This document shows positions 56,858 through 64,000 of a DNA stretch of 64,000 nucleotides, piece by piece (position 1 is the stretch's first letter; each line of letters begins with the position of its first letter). The notes beneath the pieces were generated by a model. That model did not search any database, had not been told where the DNA came from, and saw only the letters and a list, made by a program, of their open reading frames with translations. Position numbers and translations under genes: made by a program. Location of the stretch: positions 62,001 to 126,000 of the IMG/VR virus record IMGVR_UViG_3300037042_002125. One strand, given 5' to 3'.

Positions 56858-58792
56858 ATGCCAAATTTACAGCAACAAAGTGCAGACGTTAGATTTAATG
56901 AGATAGACCTATCGCAGGTTATCGCATCGAACACTAGCGCCAATGCTGCTATGGTTCTCGTGAGTAAACAAGGACGGCTTTCACCATTCAAAGTGACTGC
57001 TGTTACCGATTTCAATGATGAGTACGGCAAACCAGATGCTGCTGTCTCTTTTGGACATTACTGTGCTTTGGACTTCTTTCAAGAAGGTAGTTCGTTGCAA
57101 GTGTTGCGTGTCGCTGGCGCAGGTTATGCCTACTCTGCTGCACTTCTGAAAGACAACGGCTCAGGTGTTAGTTCTATATACCAAATCACAGCAGGCATTC
57201 CAGACCCAGCTAACATTGATTGGAACACGTACACCTTCGGCGCAGAAATTCCGCTGTTGATGTTCTATCCCAAGTCAGGCCCTGGGTCCTACGCTGACAA
57301 CATTGCAATCAAGATCACTTCGCAAAATATCACCTCTCCTGATGCTCCTGATCTTACTTCTGGTACTGCAGGTATTCTTGCTGATCAGACGTACTCGTAT
57401 CAAGTGTCCGCAATTTCTGCAATTGGTGAGACGTTGGCATCCACTATATCTACAATTGTAGTTAGCGGCGGTAGTGACCAAGCTGATGTAACTATCACTT
57501 GGCCGGCTGTGCCTAACGCTCGTGGATATTATGTGTATGGTCGGGATGGTGGTGGCATGTACCGCATTGCTACTCTAGGTGCGTCAACTTTCACCTTTGT
57601 TGACACTGGCGTGGTGACACCCGATACTGCCAATCCCCCGATCACTAACCCTGCTCTGTTGCCTACACCGGATCCTACGTTCACTGTTCAGATTTATGAC
57701 ATGAGCGTTAACACGTCAGTTCCGCAAGAGACATTTGTTTGCACACTGACAGACTACACAGATGCAAGCGGCGTTCAGTTGGAAGCAACTCAGCTTCTGA
57801 ATCCGTATTCCAACTACGTCAGTGTCGAGTCGTATGTGCCGTACATTGTAGGCGCAGTTCCTGTTGTGCTTGCCTGTCCGCAAACGAAGTTGACAGGTGG
57901 TAACTCTGGTGCAGCCGTTACTAACGGTCAAATCAGCCAAGCTTGGACAGACAACTTCAGCGATACAGAAAAGATCAACGTCAACATATTGATCAATGCA
58001 GGCTACACTGACGTGGGTGTCCAGCAAGCAATGATTAACGTTGCTGAAACTCGTGGCGACGCGTTTGCTATTCTTGATACGCCTAGCACAATGCAAAGCT
58101 CACAAGATGCAATTACATTCCGTCAATTGCAACTGAATGCCAATACGAGCTATGCCGCGATCTACACCTCAGACGTTCTGGAAAGCGATAATTATTCCGG
58201 CAAGAAATTGTACATTCCAGTCTCTGGTTGGATGGGTGCAGTGTTTGCCCGTACTGATCGAGTTGCAGGTCCGCAGTTTGCGCCAGCAGGTTTGAACCGT
58301 GGTCTTATTGATGTGCTGGCTCTTAGGTACAAATACAATGGTCAAGAACGTACTGACTTGTTTAACGCCCAGGTTAACTACATCCGCAATTTTGTGGGTG
58401 CAGGCAACGCAGTGTTTGAACAAGTGACGCTCTATAACAAACACTCTGCTCTGTCTTGGGTTAACGTGCGCCGCATGGTTAACGTTATCAAGGCGTCGGT
58501 GCGTGACTTCCTGATGTACAGCATCCATGAACCGAATGATGACTTCACACGCAAGATGATTGTGCGGTCTACCAGTGACTATCTGCAATACTGGAAAAAC
58601 GCTCGCGGTATTCAGGACTACAGTGTCATCTCTGATGATAGCAACAACCCAAGTTCGCAATACAACCTGGGAATTTTGACAGTCACAGTGTTTATCACCC
58701 CAGTGATTGCTGTGCATGAGATTCAAGTTGACATGGTTATTACCAAGTCTGGCTTGGCCTTCTCTGAAATCAACCTGTCCAATTTAGGGTAA
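56858..58792 (+). CDS. tail sheath protein
   Basis: RGDAFAILD, FAPAGLNRG, VNYI, VNVRR, EPND, ISDDSNN motifs. Confidence 0.93.
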   Translation: MPNLQQQSADVRFNEIDLSQVIASNTSANAAMVLVSKQGRLSPFKVTAVTDFNDEYGKPDAAVSFGHYCALDFFQEGSSLQVLRVAGAGYAYSAALLKDNGSGVSSIYQITAGIPDPANIDWNTYTFGAEIPLLMFYPKSGPGSYADNIAIKITSQNITSPDAPDLTSGTAGILADQTYSYQVSAISAIGETLASTISTIVVSGGSDQADVTITWPAVPNARGYYVYGRDGGGMYRIATLGASTFTFVDTGVVTPDTANPPITNPALLPTPDPTFTVQIYDMSVNTSVPQETFVCTLTDYTDASGVQLEATQLLNPYSNYVSVESYVPYIVGAVPVVLACPQTKLTGGNSGAAVTNGQISQAWTDNFSDTEKINVNILINAGYTDVGVQQAMINVAETRGDAFAILDTPSTMQSSQDAITFRQLQLNANTSYAAIYTSDVLESDNYSGKKLYIPVSGWMGAVFARTDRVAGPQFAPAGLNRGLIDVLALRYKYNGQERTDLFNAQVNYIRNFVGAGNAVFEQVTLYNKHSALSWVNVRRMVNVIKASVRDFLMYSIHEPNDDFTRKMIVRSTSDYLQYWKNARGIQDYSVISDDSNNPSSQYNLGILTVTVFITPVIAVHEIQVDMVITKSGLAFSEINLSNLG

Positions 58793-58842
58793 CTAGAGTA
58801 GACGGGACTGAAATGTCCCTCTTCCAATTTTAAGGAAAAGAC

Positions 58843-59346
58843 ATGCCAAAGACAAGCCTACAAGACGCAAGATCGCTTCCCGATCCGTTGTACACGTATC
58901 AGTGGGACGTGTTTATTGCGATGTTGCCTGGTACCCCAAATAGCCGCAGCTTGACATACAAAGCAACGTCTACTTCAATCCCAGGTTCAATGCTCGAATC
59001 TGTTCCGGTGAATCTTGCTGGCGTTGAACTACGCTATGCAGGCCGCCAGAACTATTCCCATAGCTTTACGCTGACGCTGCATGAAACTCGAGACACTGGG
59101 TCGATCGAGATGCTGCGCCGCTGGCAGCGGATCGCCCGTGACAATAACCTGAACACTGGCACCTACAAGGACATTTACGCAACAGCCGTTGAGCTTGTCT
59201 TGTACGATGACACAAACCAGGTGACGCGGACTATCACCCTCATGGGTTGCTGGCCTGAGACGATTGACGACTCTGCACTTGATCGTGCTAGCGCCGCCGT
59301 GTCGATCAACGCCACTCTTTCATATGACTTCTTTACAGAGACTTGA
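58843..59346 (+). CDS. tail tube protein
   Basis: follows sheath; YAGR, TLHET, LMGCWP, TLSYD (T4 gp19-like). Confidence 0.85.
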   Translation: MPKTSLQDARSLPDPLYTYQWDVFIAMLPGTPNSRSLTYKATSTSIPGSMLESVPVNLAGVELRYAGRQNYSHSFTLTLHETRDTGSIEMLRRWQRIARDNNLNTGTYKDIYATAVELVLYDDTNQVTRTITLMGCWPETIDDSALDRASAAVSINATLSYDFFTET

Positions 59347-59354
59347 GGACCAGC

Positions 59355-59732
59355 ATGGCAATTAAACAAGCAACTCGCCTTAAAACCGTAGCCCTATCGA
59401 CTGAGACGACTCCTCCGTGGGAAGCTAAAGCTCACGGTCTTGTTCTCAAATGTTTGGAATCAAAGAAGGCTCATCTAGTCGATAGCCTTTACCTCGCAGC
59501 CGACCCAGAAGATGATAATCCAGAAGAAGCCTGGGCAGCCTATGAAGTAACAAATGGTTCTGTTATTCTAACTGCGGGTCAAAGCCTAGTCTACAATGAC
59601 AATCGAATGGCTCTGTTGGCAGCTTTTTGCAAAGAGCATCAGCTTGACATGGAATTTATGTGCATACGAAATAAGATGTACATTGCGTTCACGTCAGACT
59701 GTGAGTTGCACGACCTGGCAGATTTGATGTAG
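59355..59732 (+). CDS. hypothetical protein
   Basis: ORF with GAGG RBS. Confidence 0.6.
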   Translation: MAIKQATRLKTVALSTETTPPWEAKAHGLVLKCLESKKAHLVDSLYLAADPEDDNPEEAWAAYEVTNGSVILTAGQSLVYNDNRMALLAAFCKEHQLDMEFMCIRNKMYIAFTSDCELHDLADLM

Positions 59733-59736
59733 ACAT

Positions 59737-60528
59737 ATGTCACTACTCGACACGCTAAAGACGGCGAGTGTAGGTTTTGGGAGCTCTCGGCTAACTGGTA
59801 ATTCCAGAAACGCTGCCGAGCTCCTTATGAACCTGTACAATCGCGGACAGTCAAAACCTGGCGATTTCCAGCCCAAAGGAAATACAGGCAGAGTTGATCC
59901 CCTTCAAATGGCTCAAGGCCGTTCAGATCCTTTGCTTGGCATAGATTGGTATTGTGAGATGCCATTTCTCAGTGGCGCTTCTGGTGAACCAACTACACTT
60001 GGTTGGGAAATGGTAGAAGAAGCGACGCTGCCGATGTTCGAGTTTGAGCCCCAGTCAAACTATAGAGCAGGTAAGATGTACCATTATCCAGCACATCAGA
60101 ATCTGGGTAACTTGACCGTAAAGCTTTATGAGGACTCAGAAGGACACTCTAGTGCATACATAAAGAATTGGCAGTCTCTTATCTTTGACAAGAAAACAGG
60201 TCTGTACAATCCGCCAAGCAAGCATAAGCTGTCAATTGGCTTTACTTTGTTTGATGTAGGCAAGCTTGAGGTCATCTTGATAACCTACTCTGGTTGCTGG
60301 CCATTGAATGTAGATGCGTTTAACCTTGTTGGTGGTTCATCTGATCGTATTGTCCCTGGCGTCACGTTCAGCGTTGATGACATTGACATGAGCTTTGCAA
60401 AGCTAACACCCGCGCAAGCTTCTTCATCGTTACTTAATTCAGGAAAGGAGTATCCGGATTTCACAGGTGTTACGCCTGTAATGGAATTTGTTGACTATGA
60501 GCCTCAGCCCATGCCAGCTTATTTCTAA
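59737..60528 (+). CDS. tail-tube-like protein (tube initiator/baseplate)
   Basis: LYED...W...YSGCWP...TFSVD tube-fold pattern. Confidence 0.7.
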   Translation: MSLLDTLKTASVGFGSSRLTGNSRNAAELLMNLYNRGQSKPGDFQPKGNTGRVDPLQMAQGRSDPLLGIDWYCEMPFLSGASGEPTTLGWEMVEEATLPMFEFEPQSNYRAGKMYHYPAHQNLGNLTVKLYEDSEGHSSAYIKNWQSLIFDKKTGLYNPPSKHKLSIGFTLFDVGKLEVILITYSGCWPLNVDAFNLVGGSSDRIVPGVTFSVDDIDMSFAKLTPAQASSSLLNSGKEYPDFTGVTPVMEFVDYEPQPMPAYF

Positions 60529-60593
60529 CATTATGCCCTACGTCAAGTAGCGGTACTGTATTTCAAAAACATTAACCCATTTGAGGTCATACA

Positions 60594-61565
60594 ATGCAAA
60601 ACAACTCTCCTCCTAGTAGAGAAAAAGGGCAGGGCCCTAAGGTTACTGAAGTAATCTCTACTCAGTCAATACCATTGCGTCGTCAAGGTCAACCACAACC
60701 TGCTCCGATCGCAACAGCAGTACCTACACCTGAACTAAAGAAAACTCTGCAACCCTTAGGCCAAGCGCCGTCTATTCCTTCTGAGGACGGTAAGAAGACT
60801 TACGCTGAAGAGAATTCAGAGTTTACGTCGATTGATCTACCAAGCAAGTTTCAGTTCTACTCGTTCAAAACCTTGAGTGTTCGTACACTCAAAGGCAGCC
60901 ACCAGGCTAAGCTAAACAGGGCTTATACGCAGAACCGTCTACGTTATGTTGTTGAGGCAATGGGTGCTACTCTAGAACCCAGTGTGTCTGCTTTTGACCT
61001 TACTCCAGGAGACTTCTATTTCCTGATGTACTGGCAGCGTGTTAATAGCTTTACCAAGAGCCCGCAGATCATTACCACACAATGCTCTGATGAGACACAC
61101 GTTGCTCGTGTTCAAGCTCGGGAACTTACACCTGAGAGTTTGAAGATTGAGCAATTTTTGAACTCCACTACGCTTGATACAAAGTACTCTGAACCTTTGG
61201 ACCTACCTACACTTATGGCAAGTCTGCCAGACTTCGAGCTTGGCGTAGAGACAATGCGTGACGTAGTGGACATGACAGAGCGTATGGTTGATATTGCAGA
61301 AGACGAAGAGTCTGAAGACGACATCACAGAATACGGATGGTTGGCAAGTAAGGCTGCGTTCTTGCGTACGCCTACCTCACTGGCCGAACGCTGCAAGGTC
61401 GTAGGTGATATGAGTGTCGAGGATACAACACTCCTTGACAAGTACATGGAAGCTGTGACTAACTACGGTGTGGAAGAATTTGCAACAATTAAATGTAAGG
61501 AGTGTGGTGCGTCAAAGCGAGTTAAAATCTCGTTCGATGCACTGACGTTTCTTCCAGGCGGTTGA
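60594..61565 (+). CDS. tail/baseplate assembly chaperone (T4 gp26/gp51-like)
   Basis: LPS, LTPGDFYFL...RVNS, C-terminal CKECG...TFLP. Confidence 0.65.
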   Translation: MQNNSPPSREKGQGPKVTEVISTQSIPLRRQGQPQPAPIATAVPTPELKKTLQPLGQAPSIPSEDGKKTYAEENSEFTSIDLPSKFQFYSFKTLSVRTLKGSHQAKLNRAYTQNRLRYVVEAMGATLEPSVSAFDLTPGDFYFLMYWQRVNSFTKSPQIITTQCSDETHVARVQARELTPESLKIEQFLNSTTLDTKYSEPLDLPTLMASLPDFELGVETMRDVVDMTERMVDIAEDEESEDDITEYGWLASKAAFLRTPTSLAERCKVVGDMSVEDTTLLDKYMEAVTNYGVEEFATIKCKECGASKRVKISFDALTFLPGG

Positions 61566-61740
61566 TGAGGAAAACCTACTCAACCGAATAGACAATGTGA
61601 TGACTGAAACTGGCGTTTTGCTGACCTACGATATGGACTTGAGAACTATTATGTACCTGTCGGACAAGGTTGAAAGTAGAAAACAAAAACGATTAAACGC
61701 AAAGCAGAACACTCCCAGTTTCAGTGGCGGACCTCGATAA
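61546..61740 (+). CDS. small ORF in +1 frame overlapping the chaperone end (possible frameshift extension)
   Basis: open frame RFFQAVDEENLLNRID...GPR*; not in the supplied track. Confidence 0.5.
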   Translation, partial: RFFQAVDEENLLNRIDNVMTETGVLLTYDMDLRTIMYLSDKVESRKQKRLNAKQNTPSFSGGPR

Positions 61741-61754
61741 CCTAGGACCTACTT

Positions 61755-63863
61755 ATGGCAACCAAAGGGAAAGCACCCCACTCGGGTTCAGGCAAAAAGA
61801 AGACAGGTGAAGCTTTTGACCCACTAAACAAATGGAGTAATGATCCAAAAGATGTGGCTCAAGAGAGTGTAGACGCGGCTGCTGCTTTCCAGAAAGAAAT
61901 TGTTGTCATAAGCCGCCAAATGGCTAGCCCAGGTCTTAACTTGGCAACTCGCCGTGCTTTGTATGCTGCCCTTGCAGAAGCTAAGAAGGGCCTTAAGGAC
62001 GCTAAAGAAGACACAGCCAAGATGATGGCTTTGTTTAAGCAAAAGGGAAACCTGCATGAAGAAGCTTCGATGAAGCTTAAGGATGTGCAGTCTCTCCTAA
62101 AAGGAAATAAGGACCCGTATGTTGCCCAGTATGCTAAGGTAACTCAAGACCTGTTGAAACAACTGATTGAAAGTTCAAAGAATCTTGGTAAGTCAGAGAT
62201 TGAGACTGCTGGCGTAATGAGCGACCTTGAGAAGGTCAAAGCTTCTATGGAGAATCTCCCTGAGGAATTCTCTAAGAGGCTTGAAGAAACCACTGAGCTA
62301 TTCAACACTCTAAACAAACAACAAGAGCAGCAACGTGCTAAGTGGTCAGCAGATAACAAACGCGCTCAGGACCTTCTTGACGATAGGGCAAAAGAGCTAA
62401 AGGAATGGCGTCATAACCTCGGCATGGGTATTGCTGACAAAATTGGTATAGGCGGGTTCAACGTAGGCAACGCAATACGTGGGTACAAGAGCGTAAAGGG
62501 CTTTGTCAACAAGCATCGCGAGCTTAGTGCGGCCAAGAAATTGGTCAGGATGACTAACCCTAAGCTTGCTGGTGTTGGCGAAGGGATGAAAGAAGACAAC
62601 AAAGCTGAAAACGAAAAAGAGCTTGTTGAGCTAGTAAAAGAATACGTCAACGACAATAAGAAATTCAACCACAAAGTTGTTGATGGTATAGGCAAGAAAA
62701 AATCCGGAGGCGGAGATAGCGGTCTTGGCGGCCTTGCTGCGGCTATTACAGCAGGATTGGGAACATTCTTTTCTGGGTCAGGACTTACTAGCTTACTTGG
62801 TAGTATAGCTGGTAAAATTCCTCTTGGGCAAGTTGCTTCCTCGTTAGCTAGAGTTGCTGGCCCTGCTGCCCTGGTAGCAGGTGCTGGGTATGCTGGTTGG
62901 CAAGTAGGAACAAAGATTTATGAAAAGTACGGCGACGAGATACAAACAGGCATAGGCAAAATAGATGACTTTGTATCTCACCTGTTTGGTCGACAATCCG
63001 TAAACGACATAAATAGGGCAGCAACTGCACCAATGCCGTTTACACCTAAGAGCGGGACAACTCGCGGACTAGGTGGAGGAGGTGGGCGAGGCTCAGTTAA
63101 TCCGCCAATGGTTACCCCAGATGACTCTCCCTCTGTAGTAAGCACAGGAGGACAGGTATCTGGATCTACTGGCACAGGAACATCAATGCCAGACACTGGC
63201 GTAGGTGGAGGTCGTGGTCGTATCAATCCAGCCAACGTAGATCCAAATTCTGTGCAGCTTAATAGTGGCGCAAACGTAAAAGGCTTGAACCCAAGTGTTA
63301 AAGCCAACCTCATGGGTATGGCTACAGAGTACCAACAACTGACAGGGAAGAAACTCCCGATCAACAGTGCTTTCCGCTCTATTGATGAACAGGCTAAGCT
63401 ATACAAGACGAAGCCTAAGGGAATGGCGGCTGCCCCTGGTAGCTCACTCCACAATTTTGGCTTTGCTGTTGATACAAATTCAGGCGTTGGTGGTGAGTTG
63501 CAGAAGAATGGCTTGCTTGCCAAGTATGGGTTTGAAAGACCTCTAAGCAAGGAACCTTGGCACATGCAACCTGCGGGCATGACTTTGGCGGCTGCCCGTA
63601 GTGGTTTGTACTCTGGAGATGCTCCAGCAGATCAAGGTGGACCTGGCGAATCTGCTGCAAGGGCAGCGCCTGCTGCTCAGGCTGTAACGGCTGCTGTATC
63701 GCCAGGAGATACTGGAAACGTATCTGGCCCAGGCGGGGGTGGTGCAGGTGGTGGATCTGGTAAAGGCTCAATGGGCGTCCCTTCACAAAGTAGCGTTAAG
63801 GATATTCCTACGTTTGACCAGTCAGACGGGATGTTCTTGGCTATGAATCTTGGAGTATGCTAA
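61755..63863 (+). CDS. tape-measure-like tail protein with peptidase M15 domain
   Basis: coiled-coil N-terminus, Gly/Ala hydrophobic middle, SAFRS...Q...SLHNFGFAVD...EPWH. Confidence 0.75.
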   Translation: MATKGKAPHSGSGKKKTGEAFDPLNKWSNDPKDVAQESVDAAAAFQKEIVVISRQMASPGLNLATRRALYAALAEAKKGLKDAKEDTAKMMALFKQKGNLHEEASMKLKDVQSLLKGNKDPYVAQYAKVTQDLLKQLIESSKNLGKSEIETAGVMSDLEKVKASMENLPEEFSKRLEETTELFNTLNKQQEQQRAKWSADNKRAQDLLDDRAKELKEWRHNLGMGIADKIGIGGFNVGNAIRGYKSVKGFVNKHRELSAAKKLVRMTNPKLAGVGEGMKEDNKAENEKELVELVKEYVNDNKKFNHKVVDGIGKKKSGGGDSGLGGLAAAITAGLGTFFSGSGLTSLLGSIAGKIPLGQVASSLARVAGPAALVAGAGYAGWQVGTKIYEKYGDEIQTGIGKIDDFVSHLFGRQSVNDINRAATAPMPFTPKSGTTRGLGGGGGRGSVNPPMVTPDDSPSVVSTGGQVSGSTGTGTSMPDTGVGGGRGRINPANVDPNSVQLNSGANVKGLNPSVKANLMGMATEYQQLTGKKLPINSAFRSIDEQAKLYKTKPKGMAAAPGSSLHNFGFAVDTNSGVGGELQKNGLLAKYGFERPLSKEPWHMQPAGMTLAAARSGLYSGDAPADQGGPGESAARAAPAAQAVTAAVSPGDTGNVSGPGGGGAGGGSGKGSMGVPSQSSVKDIPTFDQSDGMFLAMNLGVC

Positions 63864-64000
63864 ATGTTAGTCTCTACGGCTGCTGCCTTGATAAGCATAA
63901 TGCACAGAGACAAAAAGGCAATAAGACTAGCTGTTCATAAAGGAATAGGCAATAAGGACGATGATAAGTCTTCCTTTTCCTGGATGGGGTCTATGCTTGC
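63863..64000 (+). CDS. partial ORF, tail module
   Basis: ATG overlapping previous stop; open to the window end. Confidence 0.5.

Overview
This is a 64-kb segment of a large lytic tailed phage with a contractile tail (myovirus, probably jumbo-class), most likely infecting a Betaproteobacterium (inference from dcd, a permuted tmRNA, an Azoarcus-type group I core and a LexA box). Genes run on the minus strand from 1 to ~34.6 kb and on the plus strand from ~35.0 kb to the end, with a structured palindromic candidate origin at the switch. The left arm holds type IIA topoisomerase A/B, many small hypothetical genes, histone-like/HU/PC4 proteins, ACP, dcd, Nudix, ClpS-like, J-domain, two glycosyltransferase-like genes and a helicase-like gene. 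It also holds an RNA island (11.7-15.8 kb): tRNA(CAT), a circularly permuted two-piece tmRNA, four tandem stem-closed ncRNAs, and an orphan group I ribozyme enclosed by 27-nt complementary arms with duplicated splice-junction-like words. The right arm holds a radical-SAM/GNAT/PP-loop enzyme island, a TGT(DpdA-like)/QueD-like/glycosyltransferase DNA-modification cluster, and the capsid/tail module. All calls are from manual motif reading; no database search or folding program was run.
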